Origin: Desulfocapsa sulfexigens DSM 10523
Lineage (GTDB): Bacteria; Desulfobacterota; Desulfobulbia; Desulfobulbales; Desulfocapsaceae
NCBI RefSeq assembly: GCF_000341395.1
Contig: NC_020304.1
Span: forward strand, 3,270,001-3,302,000
Direction: 5' to 3'
DNA: 32,000 bases
Both the position numbers and the translations under genes were made by a program. A model generated the notes under the pieces. The model did no database searches. It was not told the origin of the DNA and was given only the letters and a program-made list of their open reading frames with translations. Positions within the stretch are counted from its first letter, which is position 1. Every line of letters starts with the position of its first letter. Shown piece by piece: positions 8,577 to 17,302 of the stretch.

Positions 8577-11146
8577 AGCCCTAACAGCTGATAGACCCGG
8601 TCCATATCCAGGCCACTTCTTACCGTATCAGCCAATCTGTCAAATGCTGGCTCAAGGTTGTAGCTACTCAGTGGGCCCTGATAGGCTCCTATCCCCTTTC
8701 GTTTCCTGACAGTATCAATGAAACTGCGTCGGAAAAGGTCTGAGTCAAAAATCCCATGGAGATAACTCCCCCAGATAGTAGCTGTATCTCCCTGGGTACC
8801 GCAACTTGACCCATCATCATACGAGAACAGAGACCGAGCTGTCGTTGCTGTGAGACCGTGGTGAATTTCATAGCCGATGACTGGTTGCCCCGACGCCAGA
8901 TGGGTCCCCTGCTTTCTGGTAAGGGTTTTTTCAGCAGCCAGAACGGTATGCATATCAATAAGCGATAAAGCATCAACTCTTTCCTGTCGGGACTCTATTC
9001 GGTGGGGATCCTCAATGCTTTTGCCAAGCATCTGATAGCCTCCGCAGATTCCTATGATCTCGCACCTCTCATCAGCCTTTTTAAGAAGTTGGGATGCCAT
9101 CCCGCTTGCCTGCAGGTGTTGAAGATCCCCAATCACATTTTTTGATCCTGGTAGAATGATAACATCGGGATTTCCCAGTTTGTCTGGATGGGATACGACA
9201 CGTAAATAAACATCCGGCTCTGCAATAAAAGGCTCGAGATCGGTAAAATTGGATATATGAGGCAGGCTTATAATCACTATTTCGATATGATTATGTTCAG
9301 GCCGTATCGCATCAAAAAGCCCTTCCTTAAAGGAGACTGAATCTTCCTCAGGGATTCCGTGATTGTGAAGATAGGGGATCACTCCTAGAACATCCTTGCC
9401 GGTGTGATTTTTGACATACTCATGGGCATCATGGAGAAGATCGCTGTTACCCCGAAAGCGGTTCACCAGAAAACCTGCCACCAATTGTCTTTCCCATTGA
9501 CTCATCACCTCCATATGGCCGACAAAAGAAGCGTACACCCCACCCCTGTCAATATCACCAACCAGAATAACAGGTGACTCGGCGTAACGGGCCATTCTCA
9601 TATTGACGATATCATGTTTTTTGAGATTTACTTCCCCAGGAGATCCTGCTCCCTCAAGAATTATGGCCTCATACTCTTCAGAAAGTTCATCGTAACATGC
9701 GGAAACGATATCCATGGCTTCCTTCTTATAGGTCACATAATCCATAACGGACATGTTACCCAAGGGTTTACCTCTTACAATGATCTGGCTTCCGGTATCT
9801 GAATTTGGTTTTAGCAGGACAGGGTTCATCAGCACATGAGGATCAAGACGTGCAGCCTGAGCCTGAACGACCTGGGCCCTTCCCATTTCAAGACCATCTG
9901 CTGTGACAAAAGAATTCAGCGACATGTTTTGTGCCTTGAAGGGCGCTACCCGAACACCATCCTGAAGCAGGATACGACAAAGTGCGGCTGTGAGAACCGA
10001 TTTGCCAGCGTTGGAAGAGGTGCCCTGAAACATTATTGCCGGTGTTTTAGGCTTTATTCTGTTCCTTGCCCGTTTCATCGATGGAAAAAAAGCCGAAAGA
10101 GCAGAGCAAAGGGCTTTATTGTCAGCCTTATCACGAACAGCTATCCGAAAAAACTGTGGCCCAAGCCCCTGATAATTAGCACAATCACGAATGAGTATAT
10201 TGTATTTAGAAAGATGCTCCTGAAGCTTTGGGACAGTGTATGACGAATGAAGCTTTATAAGTAAGTAGTTTGCACTACCAGGAAAAACACAGAGGTCTGG
10301 AAAAGATTCAAGATCACCATGTAGATCTTTTCTCAACTGCAAACAGAGTTTCCTGCTCTTTTCCTGGTATGCATGATCCATGATGGCCCTTTCCCCTACG
10401 GCCTGGGCAAGGCAGTTAACGGACCAGGGTGGAAAAATTCTCTGCAGGGCTTTGATGATATGTTCGGGAAAAACGCCAAATCCGAGACGCAGGCCAGGTA
10501 TGGCGTAAAACTTGGTCAGGGAGTGGAGGGTAATAATATTTTCAGCTTTTCCAGCAAGGCTCTCTGCACCCTCAACAAATTCAAGAAAGGCCTCATCGAT
10601 GACGAACAGTACCCGAGGTGCGCTTCTGGCAAGCTGGAGAAGCTTGTCACTCTGAACCGTTACCCCGGTCGGGTTATTTGGAGAGCCGATAATGACCAGA
10701 TCTTCAGGAAGCAAAAGTTCTTCAAGGAGATTCAGCTCAAGGCTGAAATTGTTTTCTTCCTTGAGCTGCAACAGCTTGATTTCAATATCAGCAAGCTGCA
10801 TTACTTTTACATAATCAATATAGCAGGGTACTGGAATGACAACTCTCTTGCAGCTCAGAACCCGTGGTAACTGGTAGAGCAATTCGGTACTGCCATTGGC
10901 TACCAGAATAGTGTCGCAGGGTACCTTGTACTGTTGTGATATACCTTTTTTTAATACAGAGGCGGTCGGATCCGGATAGTGAAGAATGGAATCGAGTTTA
11001 CTGCTGATGCAGGCGCGTAACCAGTCAGGGGCACCAAATGGGTTAATATTTGCACTGAAATCGATCATCTCATCAATCGCTATGGCTCTGGCCTCTGCTG
11101 CCGCATGAATATTCCCACCATGGCCATATTCCGTATCTATTGTCAT
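8573..11146 (-). CDS. Fusion protein: threonine-phosphate decarboxylase (CobD-like, PLP) + cobyric acid synthase (CbiP/CobQ)
   Basis: 857 aa single ORF. N-terminal about 350 aa is an aminotransferase fold I domain ('EYGHGGNIHAA', 'DFSANINPFG', PLP Lys 'HSLTKFYAIPGLRLGF'). C-terminal domain starts near 'IMFQGTSSNAGKSVLTAALCRILLQDGVRVAPFKAQNMSLNS', with GATase Cys 'IIGICGGYQMLG' and 'GYEIHHG'. Confidence 0.95.
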   Translation of the reverse strand: MTIDTEYGHGGNIHAAAEARAIAIDEMIDFSANINPFGAPDWLRACISSKLDSILHYPDPTASVLKKGISQQYKVPCDTILVANGSTELLYQLPRVLSCKRVVIPVPCYIDYVKVMQLADIEIKLLQLKEENNFSLELNLLEELLLPEDLVIIGSPNNPTGVTVQSDKLLQLARSAPRVLFVIDEAFLEFVEGAESLAGKAENIITLHSLTKFYAIPGLRLGFGVFPEHIIKALQRIFPPWSVNCLAQAVGERAIMDHAYQEKSRKLCLQLRKDLHGDLESFPDLCVFPGSANYLLIKLHSSYTVPKLQEHLSKYNILIRDCANYQGLGPQFFRIAVRDKADNKALCSALSAFFPSMKRARNRIKPKTPAIMFQGTSSNAGKSVLTAALCRILLQDGVRVAPFKAQNMSLNSFVTADGLEMGRAQVVQAQAARLDPHVLMNPVLLKPNSDTGSQIIVRGKPLGNMSVMDYVTYKKEAMDIVSACYDELSEEYEAIILEGAGSPGEVNLKKHDIVNMRMARYAESPVILVGDIDRGGVYASFVGHMEVMSQWERQLVAGFLVNRFRGNSDLLHDAHEYVKNHTGKDVLGVIPYLHNHGIPEEDSVSFKEGLFDAIRPEHNHIEIVIISLPHISNFTDLEPFIAEPDVYLRVVSHPDKLGNPDVIILPGSKNVIGDLQHLQASGMASQLLKKADERCEIIGICGGYQMLGKSIEDPHRIESRQERVDALSLIDMHTVLAAEKTLTRKQGTHLASGQPVIGYEIHHGLTATTARSLFSYDDGSSCGTQGDTATIWGSYLHGIFDSDLFRRSFIDTVRKRKGIGAYQGPLSSYNLEPAFDRLADTVRSGLDMDRVYQLLGL

Positions 11147-11152
11147 GACAGC

Positions 11153-11920
11153 CTACCCCAGCCCTGGTAAGAGACAGAACCCGACGGCCACCGAAAGTTC
11201 GGTGAGTTCACACACAGCACCTAAAGTGTCTCCTGTTGCCCCACCAAGTTTTTTGTGACACCAGAAAGCAAAAAAGGTCACAGGGAGCATAATCGTTACG
11301 ATCATAAGTATAAGAGAGTAAATGGAAATCAATGCACTCACCATCAGAACACAGGCTGTCACAACCACAGCCACTTTACGAGTTTCAGAAGAATAAAACA
11401 ACATGCCGAGCCCGTCTTCCTGTCGTGCGTAGGGCAATATGGACATGGTCAGTACAATTGCCGTTCTCCCAGCCATGGGCATAAGAATTATCACCTGCAG
11501 TATATTCTCCGTTGAAAGGCTTGAGAGAGCGGCAAATTTACCCAGTAAGAGAAAAACGATGGCAATAACACCCATCGCACCTATATGACTGTCCCGCATA
11601 ATCTCGAGTGCACGAGTTCGGGGACGGCTACTTAAAAGTCCATCAAAACTATCAGCCACTCCATCGAGGTGGAGACATCCTGAAATGCCTGCCAGTAGAA
11701 CAATGGCAAAAAACGCACTGACAGATCCAGGAAGGATCCCGATAAAAAATGAGACCAGCGTTGCCGTCACCCCACCTATCAGTAGCCCAATAACTGGAAA
11801 CCAGATCAAACTCGCCCTGAAAAAACGGCCATCTCTGTCCTGATTCCAAGAGATTGGAATGATGCTGAGGAATCGAATCCCGGCGAGAAAGGTCGCAAGA
11901 GGATGAGACAAGGCGAGCAT
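11153..11920 (-). CDS. cobS: Adenosylcobinamide-GDP ribazoletransferase (cobalamin synthase)
   Basis: ORF 11153..12043 contains 'GCLHLDGVADSFDGLLS', 'RALEIMRDSHIGAMGV' and 'GATGDTLGAVCELTE'. The start is re-assigned to the internal Met at 11920 because the longer ORF overlaps cobT by 74 nt with a low-complexity N-terminus. Confidence 0.9.
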   Translation of the reverse strand: MLALSHPLATFLAGIRFLSIIPISWNQDRDGRFFRASLIWFPVIGLLIGGVTATLVSFFIGILPGSVSAFFAIVLLAGISGCLHLDGVADSFDGLLSSRPRTRALEIMRDSHIGAMGVIAIVFLLLGKFAALSSLSTENILQVIILMPMAGRTAIVLTMSILPYARQEDGLGMLFYSSETRKVAVVVTACVLMVSALISIYSLILMIVTIMLPVTFFAFWCHKKLGGATGDTLGAVCELTELSVAVGFCLLPGLG

Positions 11921-11969
11921 GATGGAATTTTCTAATTGATCAGACTCTCCTGTTGACCCGGCTGCCATT

Positions 11970-13034
11970 TTACTTATCGGCTTCGGCAACGGCGGCCTCT
12001 TCAAATGTTGCAACTTCTGTAAGAATTGCAACTGCTGCTTCAACCAGATTCATAGCAAGAGCAGCGCCTGTCCCTTCACCTAAACGGAGATTAAGATCAA
12101 GAAGAGGTCTGCAGCCCAGCTTCTCCTGCATTGCACGATGTCCCGGTTCCATGGAACGATGGGCACAAATAATATAATCCCTGACAAATGGTTCAATGGT
12201 AATGGCAATAAGTGCAGCAGCTGAAGAGATAAAACCATCTACAACAACGGGTTTTTTGTGGGCGGCAGCTCCGATAATAAGACCGGCAAGTCCCCCGATT
12301 TCAAAGCCGCCCACCTTGGCGAGTATATCAAGGCCATCCTTTGGGTCGGGTTTATTGCACTCTAAAATAGTTTCGAGAACTTTGATTTTATGAGCGAGCT
12401 GCTCATCATCAAGACCTGTGCCACGGCCGGTAAGTTCTGCCAGGGGTTTTCCGGTTATCACTGCTGCTATAGCAGTTGACGGTGTTGTATTACCAATACC
12501 CATATCACCGGTTCCAAAGAGATCAATGCGGTCGGCAAGATCATTTGCAATATCAATCCCAGCCTCCACCGAACGTGTTGCCATGGCGAGACTCATTGCA
12601 GGGCCTTTGGCAATATTATCGGTGCCAAGCCCTACCTTCTTGTTGATAATTTTACCCTCCGCAGCCAGTTGTTTTAAATCGGCGGCCACTCCCATATCAA
12701 CGACAATAACTTCGGCTCCTGCCTGTCGTGCCAGAGCATTAATTCCTGCTCCACCGTTAACAAAGTTATAGACCATCTGAGGAGTCACCTCCTGTGGAAA
12801 CTTGCTCACACCTTCAGCGACCACACCATGGTCTCCTGCCATAGTAACTATTGCTTTTCGTGCCACTGGAGGATCTATAGAACGGGTGATCCCGGCAAGA
12901 TCCATACTCAAATCCATAAGATCCCCAAGGGCCCAATGTGGCAGGGCAAGCTGGTCCAGACGTTCTTTTGCACGATCTCGGGAATCGCTATCCTGAGGAT
13001 AAATATTTTGCAGTGTTCTCTTCAGCAGACCCAT
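11970..13034 (-). CDS. cobT: Nicotinate-nucleotide--dimethylbenzimidazole phosphoribosyltransferase
   Basis: 354 aa with 'TMAGDHGVVAEGVSKFPQEVTPQMVYNFVNGGAGINALARQAG', 'GDMGIGNTTPSTAI' and 'LNLRLGEGTGAALAMNLVEAA'. Confidence 0.96.
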   Translation of the reverse strand: MGLLKRTLQNIYPQDSDSRDRAKERLDQLALPHWALGDLMDLSMDLAGITRSIDPPVARKAIVTMAGDHGVVAEGVSKFPQEVTPQMVYNFVNGGAGINALARQAGAEVIVVDMGVAADLKQLAAEGKIINKKVGLGTDNIAKGPAMSLAMATRSVEAGIDIANDLADRIDLFGTGDMGIGNTTPSTAIAAVITGKPLAELTGRGTGLDDEQLAHKIKVLETILECNKPDPKDGLDILAKVGGFEIGGLAGLIIGAAAHKKPVVVDGFISSAAALIAITIEPFVRDYIICAHRSMEPGHRAMQEKLGCRPLLDLNLRLGEGTGAALAMNLVEAAVAILTEVATFEEAAVAEADK

Positions 13035-13058
13035 AAAGTATATCTCGCTAGTTTTTGA

Positions 13059-13628
13059 TTATTGAATAATTATAGGGTGATTAGTGGATTCATTCTTGAT
13101 ACATATTGGCAGACCGCAACTCACCAGTATTACTTCATCCGCTGCGGCGGCAATCAACCTGTTGGTTCGTCCCACCAAATCTCGATATCGTCGTCCAAGA
13201 ACATTGTCCGGAACCACCCCCATTCCGACTTCATTACTGACACAAATCAGGGTTCCTTTGAAAATTTCAGCTGCCCGAATAAAATCTGTAACCCTGTCAC
13301 CCATCGCATCTTCGCCAAACTTCTGATTCGATTTTTCAGCAACATACATTAAATTGTTAACCCAAAGAGTCAAACAGTCGACCAGGCAGACAGAATCAGG
13401 TTCCAGGGACATAATAGTGGGTTCGATATGGATTTCTTCCTCTATGGTCAGCCAGCCCCTCCCCTGACGATCAGCCCTGTGACGAGCAATCCGCTCATCC
13501 ATCTCTGAGTCAACAACAGGACAGGTGGCAAGAAAATAATGTTTACCACCAAGAGTTTCGGCACGGCTTAAAGCATAGTCGCTCTTACCACTCCTGGCAC
13601 CACCGGTAACAAGGATTAATTTAGCCAT
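13059..13628 (-). CDS. cobU: Adenosylcobinamide kinase / adenosylcobinamide-phosphate guanylyltransferase
   Basis: 189 aa with 'ILVTGGARSGKSDYALSRAE', 'DCLTLWVNNLM' and 'SNEVGMGVVPDNVLGRRYRDLVGRTNRLIAAAADEVILVSCGLPI'. Confidence 0.95.
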   Translation of the reverse strand: MAKLILVTGGARSGKSDYALSRAETLGGKHYFLATCPVVDSEMDERIARHRADRQGRGWLTIEEEIHIEPTIMSLEPDSVCLVDCLTLWVNNLMYVAEKSNQKFGEDAMGDRVTDFIRAAEIFKGTLICVSNEVGMGVVPDNVLGRRYRDLVGRTNRLIAAAADEVILVSCGLPICIKNESTNHPIIIQ

Positions 13629-14221
13629 CTGTCTTTATCAACTCCACGGTTCAAACCGGTAAGCACAGCTCCCTCGGGAAAAAGCTCAAGGGTTGTGTAT
13701 GTTCCCTTGGCAATTTTAAAGAGAATATAATGTGATGGATCAATTTTCAGAAAATAACACAACAGGGTACGAATAACACCACCATGAGCTACAACTATGA
13801 CCGTATCTTCAGATAACGAAGCAATGTAGTCCCCAACATCTTGAACCCGTTGAACAAAATGTTTGAGACATTCCCCACCTGGAAAACAGAAAGAGTCAGA
13901 TGCCTCGGCCCATTGCTCAACATACCCAGGATCCATTGCTGCTATCTCAGAAAAGCTCCGTTTCTCCCATCTGCCGAAATCCACCTCACGTAAATCTTTT
14001 TTATATATCACCGGATGTTCTGGGAAAAGCAGGTCACAACTCTGTCGGCATCTCAACATTGGACTTGCGATAATTGCAGATACGGCAATATCAGGAATTT
14101 TTGTTCTCAGCTCCATGATCTGTCTACAGCCGTCTGCTGAAAGTGGCACATCACTGGATCCGACATATTTTCCCGAAATACCGGTCATACCGTGACGAAT
14201 AAGGATGAGTTGTTTTTTCAT
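13616..14221 (-). CDS. cobC: Histidine phosphatase family, alpha-ribazole phosphatase-like
   Basis: 201 aa with RHG-type motif 'LIRHGMTGISGKYVGSSDVPLS', 'SPMLRCRQSCDLLFP' and 'VVAHGGVIR'. Located inside the cobalamin operon. Confidence 0.85.
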   Translation of the reverse strand: MKKQLILIRHGMTGISGKYVGSSDVPLSADGCRQIMELRTKIPDIAVSAIIASPMLRCRQSCDLLFPEHPVIYKKDLREVDFGRWEKRSFSEIAAMDPGYVEQWAEASDSFCFPGGECLKHFVQRVQDVGDYIASLSEDTVIVVAHGGVIRTLLCYFLKIDPSHYILFKIAKGTYTTLELFPEGAVLTGLNRGVDKDRWLN

Positions 14222-14223
14222 TC

Positions 14224-15018
14224 TTACTTAGCCAGGGTGTATTTGTCTCGGTATCCTCTGGGGGTAATCATATACCCATTCCAGGAAAAGGTGGTCGAGT
14301 TCCCAATGATAACAGTAGACTGCATATTGATTTCTTCTTCAAGCATACCATCAAGGGTAGTCAGGCGTATCACTTCATTTTCTCTGCTTGCAGCGGTCAC
14401 AATGCCAACTGGAGTTTCTTTGGCACGATAGGACAACACTATATCACGGGCCTGTATGATATGTTCGGTTCGTTTCTTAGATTTTGGATTATAGAGTGCG
14501 ATAACAAAATCGGCACTGGCTGCGGCATCAAGCCTTTTTACAATAACTTCCCAAGGGGTCAGCAGGTCAGAAAGGCTGATGGCAGCAAAGTCGTGCATCA
14601 AAGGAGCTCCAAGGCGGGCAGCACACCCGTTCACAGCGGCAATCCCTGGTATGATGTCAATTGCAACCCTGCTGTCCCGTTTAGCAGCTATCTCAAGTAC
14701 CAGCCCGGCCATGGCATAAATACCCGGGTCTCCACCAGAAACAAGAACCACCCGCTTACCGCTTTCGGCCAGATCAAAAGAGTTGCTGCAGCGATCCACT
14801 TCCTGCATCATCGCCGATGAAATAACTTCCTTTCCTTCCAGTAGTTCTGGAATCAGATCAAGATAGGTTTTATATCCAATAATCACATCAGCTTCAGTCA
14901 GAGCTCTAACTGCCTGAGGTGTCATATTATCGGCACTACCGATACCGGTTCCAACTACGGAAATCAGGCCACAATCAGGGTTTGTTTCATGGCGACTGCC
15001 ACTGTTACATCCTTCCAT
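14224..15018 (-). CDS. cbiH: Precorrin-3B / cobalt-precorrin-3 C17-methyltransferase
   Basis: 264 aa with 'ISVVGTGIGSADNMTPQAVRALTEADVIIGYKTYLDLI', 'VVLVSGGDPGIYAMAG' and 'DFVIALYNPKSKKR'. Confidence 0.93.
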   Translation of the reverse strand: MEGCNSGSRHETNPDCGLISVVGTGIGSADNMTPQAVRALTEADVIIGYKTYLDLIPELLEGKEVISSAMMQEVDRCSNSFDLAESGKRVVLVSGGDPGIYAMAGLVLEIAAKRDSRVAIDIIPGIAAVNGCAARLGAPLMHDFAAISLSDLLTPWEVIVKRLDAAASADFVIALYNPKSKKRTEHIIQARDIVLSYRAKETPVGIVTAASRENEVIRLTTLDGMLEEEINMQSTVIIGNSTTFSWNGYMITPRGYRDKYTLAK

Positions 15019-15959
15019 TTTCTTTTCCTAATTATTAATTTACCGAGATAAGGTGTGCAGCCTGCAGCCAGAACAGCAGCAGGTTCGGCGACACCTTTGG
15101 CACCGGTCGCTGCCAAAACAATTGCGGAGGAGGAAACCGTATCCACGCGGTTCAACTCTTCTTTGGTGTAAAATCGTATTGGTCTCCCCATTTTACTGGC
15201 ATATTGAAGCAAACCCTCCTCATCACTCTTCAAATCAATTGAGGCAAAATTCCTAATCGACTGCAGGTTCAAACTGCTGTCATAAAAAAGTTCAGTGACA
15301 GCTACTTCAAAGGCCTTAGCTGGCGTCCCTCTGTTACAACCAAGGCCGACACTTAAAGCACACGGACTGAGAATCAATGCAGAATGCCCTGGATATACTG
15401 TGTCGGAAATAATTATATCTGCTAATTCCGGATTCTCCACCCTTGTCAAATCATGAGGAAGGGCCTCAAGCTCTAACTCAGTGAACAGAGTAAGCATCCC
15501 TCTGTTAATAAGTTTTGCCGATTTCTCGGTGAGCTTACAGGAATCATCCACGCCAAGACCGTTCTTTTCAGCCCATAAATCAAGCGATGTATGTCCGGTC
15601 ACATCGGAAGCTGTGGTGATAACTGCCTGTCCACCAAGAAAATCTGCCAGCTCTCTTGCCAGCAGATTTCCACCTCCAAGATGTCCTGAAAGGAGGCTGA
15701 TAACAAATTGTCCATTTTCATCAAGCACCAGCACACAGGGATCAGTTTTTTTGTTGCTACAAAGAGAAGCTAGCCCACGAACAACAATTCCGGTAGCCAT
15801 GATGCAGACAATTGCATCGACATTCTGCTGCCACAGGCCAGAGAGTTTCTTAAAAACAGGAAGATCTCTCTTGTCGACAAACGAATCTTCAAAAAATGAA
15901 CTGATTTTTTCTGCAAGGAGTTTCCCCCCTGTGGTGAGTCCTAAGATTGCTATTTTCAC
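14964..15959 (-). CDS. cbiG: Cobalt-precorrin-5A hydrolase-like protein
   Basis: 331 aa with 'VCIMATGIVVRGLA', 'FVISLLSGHLGGGNLLARELA', 'VGLGCNRGTP' and C-terminal 'AEPAAVLAAG'. Confidence 0.92.
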   Translation of the reverse strand: MKIAILGLTTGGKLLAEKISSFFEDSFVDKRDLPVFKKLSGLWQQNVDAIVCIMATGIVVRGLASLCSNKKTDPCVLVLDENGQFVISLLSGHLGGGNLLARELADFLGGQAVITTASDVTGHTSLDLWAEKNGLGVDDSCKLTEKSAKLINRGMLTLFTELELEALPHDLTRVENPELADIIISDTVYPGHSALILSPCALSVGLGCNRGTPAKAFEVAVTELFYDSSLNLQSIRNFASIDLKSDEEGLLQYASKMGRPIRFYTKEELNRVDTVSSSAIVLAATGAKGVAEPAAVLAAGCTPYLGKLIIRKRKWKDVTVAVAMKQTLIVA

Positions 15960-16193
15960 AGATTATCGAATAGTTTGGATTCTGTTATAAACGACCGATG
16001 CAAAAGAAAGGGAAACTAGCATATGGAAAGGAGTATTGCAAGCTGCACGTAAAAGAGGAAATGGAGCATAGAATGCAAGAAACATTTTACATTCCGGCAG
16101 ATTACCTATAAGATGACACAGACATTCACTACGACACCTGCCCTACAAATACTGACGTTTAATACTCGTCTTCTTACATTCATGAGGTTTTAT

Positions 16194-17258
16194 ATGGCTA
16201 CCAAAGTTCTCATTGTTGATGATGAACTCATTAATGTCAGGCTGATTGAAGAAATCCTTGAGTATGAAAAAGAGTTTCAATACAGATCTGTTGGTAATGG
16301 AAAGGATGCCCTGGCTTTGCTTGATGAATATTCCCCCGACATAATTATTCTTGATATCATGATGCCTGTGATGAATGGCTATGAAGTATGCAGAGAAATA
16401 AAAAAAGATACAAGGCATAGCTTGGCTAAAGTTCTTATGGTCAGTGGCAAAGCCATGATTGAAGAACGGCTCAAGGGCTATGAAGCGGGGGCCGATGACT
16501 ATATCACAAAACCCTTTGTTGATGATGAATTGCTCGCAAAATTAAAAGTTTTTTCCAAATTAAAAAAAACTGAAGAGATAGATGCGCTCAAAACTACAAT
16601 CCTGCAACTGTTTTCCCATGAAACAAAAACACCGCTCAATGGCATTCTTCTCGGTAGCCAGCTTATTCTTGACACCCCATCCATATCTGAGAAAGTAGCC
16701 GAATACGCAAAGCTGATTAAAATTTCCGGCGAACGTATCCATGATCTGGTTCGTAAGATCCTTCTTCTTTCCAGCCTCAGAAACAATGGGGTACTTTACC
16801 CAGAGAGTCGATCTGTACGACAATATCTACGTGATTTCTCTCAACAGGTTAATGCACTTCCCGATACCAAATGTATGACAAGAATTGACTGCAAAGCTGA
16901 TTTCGACCTTGAAATTGACTGGAAATTATTCCAGGCCGCACTCAACGCGGTGGTTGAGAATGCTGTCAAATACTCTCCAAATAATGCCACTGTCTTACTG
17001 ACAGCAAGCACTGACGATCAACTTGCAACTATTAATGTTATAGATTCTGGGCCAGGGATAGCTCTTGAATGTCAGGAAAAAATTTTTGATGAATTTTATT
17101 CACCCCAGATAGAACATCACGGTCAGGGAACTGCTCTGAGCCTTGCAATTGCAAAAGAAATCATGTGCCTCCATCAGGGCAGTCTTGATGTTAATAGCGT
17201 CCCTGGTGAAGGGGCCGAATTCAGATTTTCCTTTCCTTTATCCACGGCAGGAGAATGA
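16194..17258 (+). CDS. Hybrid regulator: N-terminal response-regulator receiver + histidine kinase (HisKA/HATPase_c)
   Basis: Within ORF 16113..17258. Likely start at 'MATKVLIVDDELINVRLIEEIL'. Receiver D at 'DIIILDIMMPVMNG', H-box 'FSHETKTPLNGIL', N-box 'NAVVENAVKYSPNN' and G-boxes 'VIDSGPGIA' / 'GQGTALSLAIAKEIM'. Confidence 0.9.
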   Translation: MATKVLIVDDELINVRLIEEILEYEKEFQYRSVGNGKDALALLDEYSPDIIILDIMMPVMNGYEVCREIKKDTRHSLAKVLMVSGKAMIEERLKGYEAGADDYITKPFVDDELLAKLKVFSKLKKTEEIDALKTTILQLFSHETKTPLNGILLGSQLILDTPSISEKVAEYAKLIKISGERIHDLVRKILLLSSLRNNGVLYPESRSVRQYLRDFSQQVNALPDTKCMTRIDCKADFDLEIDWKLFQAALNAVVENAVKYSPNNATVLLTASTDDQLATINVIDSGPGIALECQEKIFDEFYSPQIEHHGQGTALSLAIAKEIMCLHQGSLDVNSVPGEGAEFRFSFPLSTAGE

Positions 17259-17302
17259 ACACCTTTTCTCTGTCTCACAAATGCAGTCCGGAGCCTGAAT
17301 GA

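Noticed and set aside
10373-10870. 165-aa plus-strand ORF
   Set aside because: Antisense to the CobD-like domain, with no recognisable motifs.
11921-12043. N-terminal extension of the CobS ORF
   Set aside because: Overlaps the cobT 3' end and has a low-complexity, non-membrane sequence. MLALSHPLATF at 11920 is a more plausible start.
5545-15959. Possible biosynthetic system other than B12
   Set aside because: Every gene matches a known cobalamin biosynthesis family. Only the fusion architecture is unusual.
15481-15990. 169-aa plus-strand ORF
   Set aside because: Antisense shadow of cbiG.
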